A stretch of 52,245 bases of DNA, counting the filler, from Catajapyx aquilonaris (taxonomy: Eukaryota): assembly GCA_000934665.2 (NCBI GenBank). It is 2 parts of 2 records of this genome, joined end to end, with 100 filler letters (N's around TTAATTAATTAA, not from the genome) between each part and the next. Parts side by side here need not be neighbours in the genome. Positions count along the whole stretch, not along the records: positions 1 to 26,589 come from KZ539335.1; positions 26,690 to 52,245 come from JYFJ02005346.1. One strand, 5' to 3'. Shown piece after piece: positions 17,413-29,629 of the stretch (position 1 is the first letter of the stretch; each line of letters opens with the position of its first letter). The translations under genes were made by a program, and so were the position numbers. The notes beneath the pieces are model-generated. The model ran no database searches and was not told the origin of the DNA. It was given only the letters and a program-made list of their open reading frames with translations.

Positions 17413-20099
17413 CCTTTCATCAATAATCGAGATCGATAAGGGGGTTTGCCAAAATATACACAGGTCGGTATCGTATTAGGTTAATATTCGGGTTTTAGGC
17501 GGAAAAAATATACATGGAGATTATTGATGGATCAAATTTCGGCCTTGAATCTGTGCCACTAGTCACGGACCACCCTGTACCATATATTTGCAGTTAGCCA
17601 ATTTCCAGCTATTTGTCTGCAAAAGTGTTCCGAAACCATCCATTTTTACAAAAAGAAAAAGACAAATTGGCGGCATGAAGATAACAATGAACCATACTCC
17701 AGGTGATGTCAGAGAGCCCAGGATAAACTCTGACGTCCAACTATTTCACAAAACCCCGTTTAATAATATATAATAAATAACTGTCTCCATTGAAAAACCA
17801 CGTGACTCTACTAACAGGTATACACGTTTAGGTCTACACTGATTTAATAATGAGCACATCTTTTTTGCCTATCCATGTGTAAATCACAAAATATACCAGT
17901 ACCGCATAAAGTCCATTGAACTCTGACGACTTTTCAAGTAATTATACCGGTATATACCAGACTTGCCGGTATAACTTCCAAAATATTTGCCTGTGATGCA
18001 GCACAACATAAGGGTGGGCGTCGGCGTATCAGCGTTAGATAGTAAATACAAATAAAGATACAAGATACGACCCGTGAGCCGTGACTCCTCGGCAAATGAC
18101 ATTACCAATCCATGGGAGCAATTTTACCCCTGGCATACACGCTTCCCGGTGATTCGAATGAGTCTCCGGGTTACATAACAAGCCAGGATAAATAAACATT
18201 ATATCGAGTGGTGGCTTGCAGTTTTTCTCATGCTTGGGACGCATCGTTCAAGAACCCACATTTCAGGATTCAAGGAAGGGAAAACAATCATACGTACATT
18301 ATGAGGGGCGTTTTGAACATTTTAGTCACGTGCGAATGTGAGTTATAAACTAATGAATTGGACCATTATGTCTTGACTTGACATAATGATAATTACAAGT
18401 CTAAGGGGCATGCGATAGGCCTGCCTCGAGTGCTGTCACAGTATGCCGCTGGAGGGGGATAGCCTAGAATATTCTCAGTATTAACAATTTAGAATAACAT
18501 TACTGATAAAAGAACTTGTATTCAGCTCGTCTGCTCTAGAAAACTGTCAGTAGGAACAACATGATTAATTCATTATTTTTAGCTTCTAAAATTATAGAGG
18601 ACGTGACCCAACAAAGCCAGCGAAGATTAGCAATTATTTTCGGTTCATTTTAGCGCGATTACGTTATAATTACCAAACCACTATAGCTACTCTGAATCAC
18701 ACAGCTGAGTTGGCCTTGCAGACTTTGTTCATCAATAGATCATGGACTCCTTTACGTCACCGACGCATCATACGCTGGGATCTCATTCTCAAGCGATTCC
18801 CTGTATATTGACTTGTTCCCGCCAACTTTAATTTGGGGAAAGGGACTGTTTTCTGCTAAATTCCCAATATGATGCTCAAATTATTATTAATCACTATTGA
18901 CGTCAGTGTATGGCTCTAATTTTTGTCGAATATTTTACACTCGACATATGCTCTTTCTGTTTCTGCGCCAGTCAACGCAGCAATGCGCAGTTTAGCAGTT
19001 TACGATCCTAAATTTAGCACTGTAGGTGAGAGGTACTACATGATAAGAACAAAACATGGGGTTCTTTTTACCGGACATGATATTGTCATTTCAAGTGATA
19101 CCATCCTTGCTCACAAGCATCTATAGTGATAACATATCAGTTTTTTTCGCACGATCAAGGCAGAGGAAGCGGTAAGCTTTCGAATGCAAACACGTCATCT
19201 GCTTCCACTGTTGCCAACGTGATATTGTTGAATGATACGTACTGTACACATACTACTCTACACAATAACTTGTAGAATGGTTTCCGTATTTCAGGATTCA
19301 AATGGAACAAACCTATAGTTCCTGGCTCCATGGTAGCCAGCACCTAGCTGAGGTTAAGACTTGTTGGCTCTATCATACATCAGCATAATTCTTCAGTTAA
19401 AAGTAAGGCGTCTCTCACCTCGCGAAAAATGCCCATGCCTATGAATCATAAATTGCTGGCTAGAAAAGGTCACCTAGCGGCGGTTATGACATGTCGTATG
19501 CGGTTTCTATTCTAGAGCGCATGAAATGCCACTATTACGCAACACGGACTGCCCCCTGCCCTGCAAATAAATTTGTAATTGTAAACTGATGTCATACATA
19601 TAAGCGTTGCAACACGAGAATCGTATTCCACTACTACCTTCCCTCCACCCATGATTGTTTAAAAAGAGTAGTAATGTAGCCTATGGCAGTTACTGCCATT
19701 GTACCTTAAAAAGGCGAAGAACCATAGCACTGAATACTTATTTGAAACTGTGATACGTCTTCCGTATAGTTGTGAGGAAATTGAGTTATTTCCTTACTGT
19801 CTCCGAATAATCGAATATTACCGAACAATCACGCGAGTACTGTACGTCATATGCCATACTTATTGGCAGTCATCTGAAACATGGCACGTATCAGCAGAAA
19901 AGTCAATTTCTTCCCAGTGGACCTCTCCAAGTTTAAAATAATTGACTTAAAATTTTATACATCCTATAGTCTAGAAGTCCTTGATTAAATTTGCGCTTGT
20001 CGCGCTTTGAATTTGTATGGAGTTTTTTTTCTGGATCACCTCTCTCGCCAGGTACAACAATGGCACAAATACAATGTCTTCCAAGTCTTGGGGTCCTTT

Positions 20100-21137
20100 A
20101 AGTTATCGTAAATTTCGCCACAAATATTATTGTTATTTTCGGGTAGCTTTTTGCGCCCTGATCGAGGTGCCCGATGATACAGCAACAACGTAGCTCGGAA
20201 AGCATAGAAGGGACCACACACATGCATGGAATTTTCAGGAAAGTTGCAGCCGGCGCGGCGATTCAACATCCATTCACGTTGAAACGATACTTGTCGGACA
20301 TGTAGGTACTGCACAGCACACGTTTGTAGTGACCCCATCCCCACGAAGCCCTCTTGGAGTTGTTCGGTTGTCTCTTCCAAGAGCGTGTGGAATACAATTA
20401 AGTAAGCTAACTCCAATGAATTAAATCCTCCTTTTGTATTCCACACTCTCTTGGAAGAGAAAACCGAAACAACTCCAAGAGGGCTTCGTGGGGAGGGGGT
20501 CACTACAAACGTGTGCAATACCTACATGCCCGCCAAGTACCGTTTCAACGTGGATGGGTGTTGCATCTCCGGCTGCAACATTCCTGAAAATGCCATGCAT
20601 GTTTGATGGTCAAATCTATGCTTTCCGAGGGGTCAGTGCAAGAAGTGCACAAGTCCTTTTTCCCCTCACTGGAGTTAGCTCGGTTTTGTTTTCCATGGTT
20701 CAATTATTCGAATAACTGGGGAGGCGGAGTGGTACTGCGGTAACGTACGCGCCCACGGATGTTAAGGTTCGATCCCAACCCGGGGACACCCCCTTCATCT
20801 CGTGCAGAGTTAGGCTGTCTCTGGCTTCGTCTCGGGTGGTATCTCCAATAGACAAAACACCCAGGGGAGTTCATAAAACGACCACACATAAGACATTGCA
20901 CCTTGCACATCCCCTCCTGTCATCCTGCCCGTGGGCCCGGGCGATTCGCTCAAGGTTCCAGCATTGTATTGCATTGTACTTCAAGTGTAATAAAGGTCCG
21001 TGCTCCATACCTGATTCGGTCTAGCACTACCCGGATTATTTTAAAAAAATATTCGAATAATTAATTGGACATCTAGGTCGGGGCGCAAAAAGCTACACAA
21101 AAATTTATCACGACTTCCGGCAAAATTTGCGATAACT
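20100..21137. mobile_element. Fold-back element with a SINE B insertion in its right arm
   Basis: Inner arms ~20195-20400 and ~20435-20630 are inverted copies. Outer arms GTAGCTTTTTGCGCCC / GGGCGCAAAAAGCTAC and GTTATCGTAAATT / AATTTGCGATAAC. Confidence 0.75.
20716..21049 (+). mobile_element. Full-length tRNA-derived SINE family B with TSD
   Basis: Head GGGGAGGCGGAGTGG...GGTTCGATCCC and A-tail. TSD TATTCGAATAA at 20705-20715 and 21050-21060. Homologous to 7950-8281. Confidence 0.85.
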
Positions 21138-21254
21138 AATACCAGAATCCAATACAAGAAAGTAAGGAACACAATATACTGTATATACAGGGTGATCCAA
21201 AATACTTGTCCGATTGCTGTTTTCTAAGATGGATATTCTGCTAATGGTTCCCGA

Positions 21255-21443
21255 CGTGGTTCCCGGTTTGAAAGCAATTATAAGTTAAAGATCATGTCGA
21301 ATGCGGCAAAGCAGCTGTTGACCATACCAAAAATGGTATCTTAAAAGTGTTTCCATCAATGGAAAGAATGTTAGGATAAGTGTGTAAAGTCGCAAAGACT
21401 TTTTTCTGGCCTAAGGTCGGATACTTTTTTATCCGACTTGGTA
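21255..21443 (+). pseudogene. Decayed mariner transposase C-terminal fragment and 3' end
   Basis: Translates FESNYKLKIMSNAAKQLLTIPK..*KCFHQWKEC*DKCVKSQ, matching the mariner C-terminal pattern (CFxxWxxRWxKCV). In-frame stops are present. A TIR-like AAGGTCGGATACTTTT follows. Confidence 0.7.
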
Positions 21444-23031
21444 TTTCTTTTGACCGCGATTTCTAGATTCTGTTGGTTCATAACTATACCTGACTCCTCC
21501 ATCTCATGTCCTTTTATTGAGAATGTGACCACTTTTCTTTGCGAATTTTTTCCAATAGATAAGTAATACTGATCCTAGTCCCAAGTAACACATAATTATA
21601 TACACATTGTTCTCCTTCGCACCATAACACGAGCTTCCCCGCATATTACTTGGCCTACTTTATATTATCTGTTTACCAAGTGTAGGACAAATATCTCGCA
21701 ATTCCATTGTCAGAGTAAGAGTGACCCTGACCACGAATAAATCACTATAACATACAAACACTGGTTACGGTACGCTATTGTACTGTACCCTGGCCGATTT
21801 TACGAAACCTTGAAATTCTCCGCAGTTAGGGCGGAATTCAGGAAGGATGTCCATAATCTCATACGCACCGTTTGAATTCGGTGACATAGTCTATTAATCA
21901 GTTGAAATTTACGTGTAACTGACTGAGATCACCCAGTTTAAACGACATGTAAGATGTTACATAACTACTCCGCCCTGTTTATATTTTTTCATGCATGTTG
22001 TGACAAACAGAACAGTAACATCCGAAAACAACATCAGTTAAAATGGTCATGGCTCAGTGCAAGGTCATTGGTAAATGGCATTAATCAATTCAAAATTTTG
22101 GTTGCAGTCTTGAGAGACAATTAAATTGCAATTTTTTTCCCAAGTCATCAGCCTCGAATGCCCAAAATATGACATAGAACGCGATGTGATGGGTTTAGAC
22201 ACCACCTTAGATTTTGTTATAAATATTATATGCGTACACTCACATGAGTTGTTGCCTATAATAATGATGATGACGATAATGACTGATCATTCAGGCGTAT
22301 GACAAAAACCCATTCCGACACTACAGTTAAGTGTTATAGGCCTGTATGGGCAACAATCACACCAGGGGGGAAATTTATTGCAATTATGAGGAAATACTGT
22401 CACGATACCACAGTCATGTATACTGTCCAGTAGATACATGCATAATTTTTCGTAACAAAATCTGAGACTGTCTAGCCCCCACATCACATGCAAATTGACC
22501 ATCCGCGCCTGAATTCATCTAGCGCTTTAGGCGTTTAGGATGTCCCCAGCGAAACTGCGGCGATGTGTTATTCTATTTAACGCTGGAAATATACAATGAC
22601 GTGAATCACGTGATGGGGTTGATAAGAGGTTTTCTATCTTACCAATATTACATCCATGCAGTATAAACACTGAACACAACTCTTACACTGTTTCGTAACT
22701 TTACGAAACATAATGATAAAAATATTCTCGTTGTCAGTTTCGTCAGTCACCAGTTCGGCCTCTAATAGCTGCAATATGTGGATGGTGTACACTACTGTAC
22801 GGAAACGGAAGCATCCATAGAAAACCGATCCAAAATCTTCCTACATGAGAAAATCTTCAGTCAAACTCGGGGATCAATTCGGGACTTCAGACACGATGTT
22901 TGTAACATGGACTATAAACCACTGCGGGCGGGAGTGTACCGTTAAAGGCAGTTATTTAGTTTATGTATATAGCACTGTACGTGAAAACGCGAACGAACTG
23001 CCGCACTTGGTGCCTCTCTGATATTACATTT

Positions 23032-23281
23032 GAGGGGTCTGGTGGAAAAACATGATAACTGACAAAGGTGTAATTTTTCAGGAGCGAGCGAATTGAAGTT
23101 TGCGTTTCTTAACAAATCATATGGAATGCTGGTTGTGATCTAGTCCGTGTGGCCGTCTCATGCATGATACATGAACTTGGAGTATACCAAACTGTTTGTC
23201 ATGTCTTATACACAGTTGCTAGGTGTTTAGGTAAAAAAAGGACAAAAATGTCAGTGACCATGTTTTTCCACCACACCCCTC
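23032..23281. mobile_element. Sola-like MITE
   Basis: TIRs GAGGGGTCTGGTGGAAAAACATG / CATGTTTTTCCACCACACCCCTC. 4-bp TSD ATTT on both sides. GAG termini with a 4-bp TSD fit Sola. Confidence 0.7.
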
Positions 23282-24560
23282 ATTTTACTACAGCTGACAC
23301 AGCATTTCCAATATAAAAACAACAACAATAAATCCCAACCAACTTCAGTCCGAGGAATAACCTGGAGGCGTAAATCTACTTGTATCTACTGTGCAGTACA
23401 CCCGAACCTGGCATGGACTGTGCTTCATGCGCAATTATTATTCACGGAATTAATTAGCTTCTAATAATTGCCGCACAGCATCTGCTACAAATACCTCGTT
23501 CTTATTCTGCACATGTCCTGCTGGCCATTTGCTATACTTAGTATATACCCACGAACATTCAGAGTGGAGAGCCCCCATCCCACGTCGTACCATTAGGCCT
23601 CTACATATACCCCATTAAACACGGATACTGATACATTCACATCCGAAACGGAGAAACGGGATCAAAGACGACCATCAAAGGCGGATCTTTATATAGGGTT
23701 GTCGGCTTGAGCTATCGTATGTTACTATGCGGTCCTTTGATTGGCCCCTGTCATTTTCATGCCGCTTTCGTGAGTCATTCCTGTCATCTGCAAGTACCAT
23801 CCCCAATCAGACGATGCCTAGATCCCGAGACAAACGCATCCGGACAGGGATTATTGACGTCAAAACTGGCAATTATTCCTATCGCCACGCACGCGTTGCC
23901 AAGGGGTCCAATCGTGTCCTGCCTGCTAGAGGACGACTATTTTCAAACAGGACCCTCCCAAACTTGACGCATCCGAGGACATATGCGACAGCCACGCCCG
24001 GAAACTCACGCAAATTCGCGATATAAGTCATGTCCCTGTCCTTCGGCATAAGCAGTGAAGATCCGACGATCCGAGATATCAAGAGGGCAAATGCATGCAG
24101 CCAAGTGCATGAAGGTGAGGACGGTCGGGCTTCTGCCAGAAATAGACAGGGCGTTCCCATCTATCAACTCACGACTGTACCATACTGTATATGTCACCGA
24201 CTATACATTTGGAGGATGCTTATGGTGAGAGGTCGGACAATCAACTGAATCATGGGTGACTGTCGTAGGCTATACATTTTCGTCGGAAGGTACAGCCTTT
24301 AATCCCTCGGCTGATGGTTATAGTGCCAGGTTCCGTTTGAACCATTACGGTGTGTCTGAACACCTTGGCCGCGAAAATACGTCACATGTTGCCAGGGCGA
24401 ACTTGGCATGATTTCCTAGAATCGTAAATGTGAGTGAAAGGTGTCGGTACTACAACGGACGTGTGAAAGCGCACGTGAATCGACGCCAATCAGATATGAA
24501 CTTTTGGATCTCGAATAAAGCAGGCTACCAGTTCACGTAATTATTATAAAAATGTTTACT

Positions 24561-24810
24561 CTGTGATAGGCCTGTGGCCTCTTAGGGGCTACTGCTTATA
24601 AGCCCATATTTTATTAATTCACACTTAATGATGGCGGATTTTAATTATGGGAGGAAGCGTGAGAACCTCGAGAAAACCCACGTGACTATACGGAGAGAAC
24701 AAATCGAAATTCTTTCCACAAGAGAAAATTCTAATCCCGATACGTGGAACGAGCTCGGGATCTCAGAAGTGGAAGGATATATGACGCTGACCACTACGTC
24801 ACCTTGCCGG
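24561..24810 (-). mobile_element. Diverged SINE family A copy
   Basis: CTGTGATAGGCC...GGCCTCTTAGGGG, GGGAGGAAGCGTGAGAACCTCGAGAAAACCCACG and GACCACTACG match family A in reverse orientation. Confidence 0.75.
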
Positions 24811-25350
24811 CTCACAAGTTCATGTAATTATTGCTCGGTCAAGGGCGTCACGTCTCGTTAGGTGAGGTCTATGGACTTGTGCTTTCCTTAAGCAGGGACT
24901 AACCTTCATAATGCAGTAACTCATGAATCTGTAATGCACCCTTGAACATGAGGCAACGATCTGGTGGGATCTGGTCTGAAATAACACATGAATTCTACGT
25001 AGTGTACTGCACATATATTGGCGCCAAGTGATAACCTGTAAAATTTCCGAATTGCTTTTCCTATAATTATGTTCAGTGCTAATTATGTTGTATAAATGGG
25101 CATGTTTGCGGGCACCCCAGGTTAAGAACCCCCGAACTAGATGAATGTCAGAGATCTAAGCGAGTTCTGTTTACTGCTGTTGTGACGCTATTTTGAAAAA
25201 TTGAGTAAACTGTTGTTTACCTGCTCTCGTATTTTTCTTGATAGTATCGGACGTTCTGATTACGAATCAGTATAGTTTTCATTTTATCGAATCGCCAGGT
25301 CCCATGGCCAGGTCATTCAAGACTATATATATATAAAGTGAAGATAGGTA

Positions 25351-25821
25351 TGTTACGGTCAATGTGTCCAACCCGGGCATTTTGTAATATGACCGGGCCA
25401 CTGTATATAGAATGACCAATTTTTTTGGCAGTGTGTATAATGGGAAGGCATTTCACAAATGGCCCGGACATTTTATATAATGCCCGTGGTTCGTTGGGCA
25501 GTGTGTTGATTCTATCAATTCCTGACGTCGACAGGGCTCGTGGTTTCCCCAACAACATCTAGCAGTGGTGAAGAGTGTTGATGATGATCTGTTCACACTG
25601 TGCTCTGAACATGGCCAACTCAAGCACAAGTACACGCGTGTGGGGTAACCTTGAACAGGTCCTTTCCTTGACAGAGTGATTCAATACATACCCCCACCCT
25701 CTAGCCTAGGCATTGTGTATAACGACCGGACATTTTATACATTGACCGAAACTTGTTAAGGGCATTCTATAGTGCCCGGTCATTTTTTTAAATGCCCGGG
25801 TTGGACACAATGACCGTAACA
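25351..25821. mobile_element. Ginger-like MITE
   Basis: TIRs TGTTACGGTCAATGTGTCCAACCCGGGCATTT / AAATGCCCGGGTTGGACACAATGACCGTAACA. TGT...ACA termini and a 4-bp TSD GGTA (25347-25350, 25822-25825). Confidence 0.8.
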
Positions 25822-26589
25822 GGTATATTAAATACTATTACTACAGCTTCATTCCCATTTTGTTGCTGACATCTGAAGAGGTCATTACCAAAAGAGGTCG
25901 TAACCTTCATATCCAATGCTACAGGGAGGATTGGAAAGTAACTTTCCCTATTTAATTGTACAAGTCTAGCAATGCAAATAAAGTGTATCTGCTGCGGTAC
26001 TTCATGACAGAGCTATTTAGATGTTTGCATGTCAGCCTGTACAAACAGAGCCCTAGTAAATTGCTAAAAATAGGCCCGCCTCCACTCACGCTGCGTTCGC
26101 ACTGCTGAGATGTGACCAGTTGTTGTCTTTCCGGTTTCGGGTCAGTGGAAGGCATCGGTAAACACAAATTAGACCATCAAGACGTTACGTGTTCGAAGCT
26201 GATGGTCTCCGGGAGAGCTGATAACCTGTAATCACTCTAACCACTGTGGCACTCTCGACAGGGATGCCTACACGTCTGCATTTTTATGACATCTCGGTTC
26301 ACCTTCATATTGCCGAAAAGGAGATATCCAGAAATTCTGAGAAACTCACAATAGCAATTGCACTACGCAACAATTTCTTTCACTAGGCCTATGTGCCAGC
26401 TAGCACGTACAGTGCTGGACACAATAGCATATAACAAGTGTAAACAACGACTTTGGCGTTACCTGGCAACTGGTCGTGTTCGGACATCGTCATGTGGAGA
26501 GTGCTTAGCGTTCTTTCTGTCGTTGCTTGTCTTGTCCCCGCTTATTCCGATGCCATGCATTGGTAAGCATGCACACACCCTTCGTCCCA

Positions 26590-26689
26590 NNNNNNNNNNN
26601 NNNNNNNNNNNNNNNNNNNNNNNNNNNNNNNNNTTAATTAATTAANNNNNNNNNNNNNNNNNNNNNNNNNNNNNNNNNNNNNNNNNNNN
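26590..26689. other. Assembly gap containing an artificial TTAATTAATTAA linker
   Basis: N-run, TTAATTAATTAA (26634-26645), N-run. Confidence 0.95.
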
Positions 26690-27125
26690 TTCGTCTCCCA
26701 GAAAAATTGCTTATACCCTCGGAATCAGGATTCCTTGCCCGATTTTTAGAACACAACTTGTATTTTGAGTGGAGTGTCCCTTTAACGAGGTGGCCAGTTA
26801 TAACCTGGTCTACGCTGGCTACCCCTTTATGGGAATTCTGTGATGTAATGTATTTAAAAAAACTAATGGACTTATGGCATGCACAAATAATGAGTGAAAG
26901 GGTGGTGAAATCTGCTGTCTATAGTATTTGCAACTTCCGCAGCCGTAAAGGTTTATTAGTATAGCGAGCAGACTCCTAACACTATCTGGGTCAGTGATTC
27001 CCATGCAGTTACGATGAAAACAAATTAATGTACCGTAAGATCCTACAAACAACCGTGACGGGAAATGCTGATCCTGAAAAAGATAAAGCATCGCCTTTGC
27101 AACCAACCAGGAGAAAATTACTCAC

Positions 27126-28969
27126 GTCGGGAACCTCGTGCTGATGACCAAGACGTGGGCTTCCGGGGGTCCAACCAGGACCCATGAATAACACGCGAAA
27201 TCGGTCAGACCAACACTCCATTTCCCACACTCGGTGCCATGTTTTCACCAAATAAAAATTCTGCCACAAAATGGTTAGTGGTGCCTTAGAAAAGCTGGGA
27301 TCAAACTATTGATTCCGGACCAAAAAGATGTTGACACTAGAGCCGCAGAGACTTGATTTGAAACTGTGTGAACCTTGAGGAAGATTCTATGGTTCCCCTT
27401 GGTCTCATAAAAACCAATGTTTGTTTCACGAATTGGTCCCATCCCCCAACCGGCTCTGGTACCAACCCAAAGATGGCCGAAAGACTACATCGTTTGAAGC
27501 TGAATTGATAGCCGGAAAGAGAGCTTACCGAGGCCCAGAGGGGATCGAAAGTAAATTGGCGATCCACAATCCCATACACCAGATCCTCCTCTTCTTTCTC
27601 TTTGGCGAAGGTCCCAAAGAGACGATCCCAGATGATCAGGACGCCTCCGTAGTTTCGGTCCAGGCAGTACTTGTTGCAGGCTAAGTGGTCAGTAAAGTGC
27701 ATTGTATAGACTCCAATACGAGTGTTACATGAGCAAAATTGTTACCATGGTGAACTCGGTGGTGACTCGGAGTACTCAGGACCCACTCTAGAGGACCCAA
27801 ATTTTTGACCACTTCCGTGTGAACCCAAAATTGGTATAGGAGGTTGAACTGCTGCTGGACCACGTGGTGTGCAGGTGGAATAACCACTGCCATTGGTATA
27901 TACCATAGCTAATAAATAAATAAATAAATAAGCTTAAAGAAATATTTATGTGGCCAATCAACTAGCCCATGGTCTTCAGATGACCACGTGCGGTTTTTAT
28001 TAATAATAACACGACCTTGATTGCCATTATAGCCCCTTTCTCTGGGTAATGCAAAAAAAAGGCTACAACAATGATGGCATTCGTGCGTGAGTACGGCCCG
28101 GTTTATCATTTTCATGCACTTTACCGTTCCTGGCACACTTTCACTCCGAATAAAAGAGATGAAAAGCTGCTAAAAATAGCTTGTAGGTAGCCATTTCTAA
28201 CCAGTGTGAAAAGTGCAATAATTATTGTCTGCTGGTTACCACACATGATACCTACCCAGCTGACCAAGTTAAGCAGTGGTGCCTGTCTTAGTGCTGTAGT
28301 CAAGTTCATAGTCTCAGAGCTGTGATGATTCTGATGAATAGCCCATAGCAGATTAACCTCTGAAAATAAAATTCGCCTTTAATAAAAATAATCATCAATC
28401 AGTGATTCCAACCTGGACTGACCATGTGCAGCTCGGTGCATCCAATAATAGCAAAAGTCCACCGCCAATGCAGCCAAGTAACAAGTAATAGCCGCATCCC
28501 ATGGCAGATCTATTATTCTATAGTGCTGATAAATATACGAGTAAGCCACCAGCTCAAACCCACGTAGCAGAACTCTGTTGAAAAAAAAAAAGCCAATGTA
28601 GTAACATTACTGCTTTATTTAGAGTGCACCACCTTATTAGTTCGTTCAATAAGCCAGATGACAAGGACAAATAGGTTTCTTCTAATCGAAGGCGCTTCCC
28701 TTGCAACCTCAAAGCCACCGCCTCCAACACTATGAATACTATGAAGAATGGAGTAGCCTAAAGGCATGGGAACAAAAAACTGTTTTTTTCTACATATCAA
28801 GAGATCAGATTTTTTTTCTCACCTGGCGCACAAAGTCGGGCGTATCCTTCAACTCACGGAAGGAAACTTCAGAAGGTGTGAACAGCAAAAACATACGCCT
28901 TGTGCCCTTGACCGCATCTTCAAGAAAATTCTCCGCAGAATAGTTGGCATCCGAAAAACTACCCATCAT
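27126..28969 (-). CDS. AGMO: Alkylglycerol monooxygenase paralogue 2 (fatty acid hydroxylase family); C-terminal exons not identified
   Basis: Exons 28823-28969, 28633-28757, 28423-28574, 28256-28359, 27746-27908, 27529-27680, 27126-27260 (326 codons, consistent phases). Motifs [67 protein letters not shown]. Confidence 0.9.
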
Positions 28970-29629
28970 AACTCCATATAACAACAACACTTTTCATCGG
29001 ACGATATATACCGGACAGATTAACCTTATCATATCAGAGAGTGAAGGATTCTGACCTTTAGGATGCAAGTAAATAACCCGTGACCTCTTTTTATAAAGAT
29101 GTCCTTGACACGATGCAGTTGTTTCTAGGCAACTTAGGTATTTTTTTTGTCTGTTTTTTGTACCGTCCAGGTGGTGTTCCGGTTGACCTACTATTTACCT
29201 GCTTGGCATCCATTTGAGCTAGACCGGTTCGCAGGTCCCGATGACTTACCTACATTCCAGGAAGTGTTGTTGACCTCTATTTATCTGTTTTGGTACATGT
29301 TTTGCAATCAGGAAAAATACAAGGGGAAAAAAACTTTTCTGTCTTTACTATAAACTGTCAGATGATACATAGTTGGCTTATAGGAGATGAAGTGTGTCTA
29401 ATGACGAAAATATTTACTCTGCAAATATTGCCTTAGACCCGGTTCCGTGGGGAAGGTGAATGTGACGAGGATTTGGGCTTGGATTGGTGTATGAATCAGT
29501 CGGGCTGGTCATATCCCATACTCCTTTCAAGGGGTTTCAGACAACGGATGGTGGCCATGGCTTGATTGCAAAGACTAGGCGCCGGGCTTATAAAAAATGT
29601 GACCATCTCGATTGCCCAACAATGGTGAT

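Noticed and set aside
26634..26645. TTAATTAATTAA palindrome between N runs
   Set aside because: Artificial scaffolding linker with stops in all six frames; not biological.
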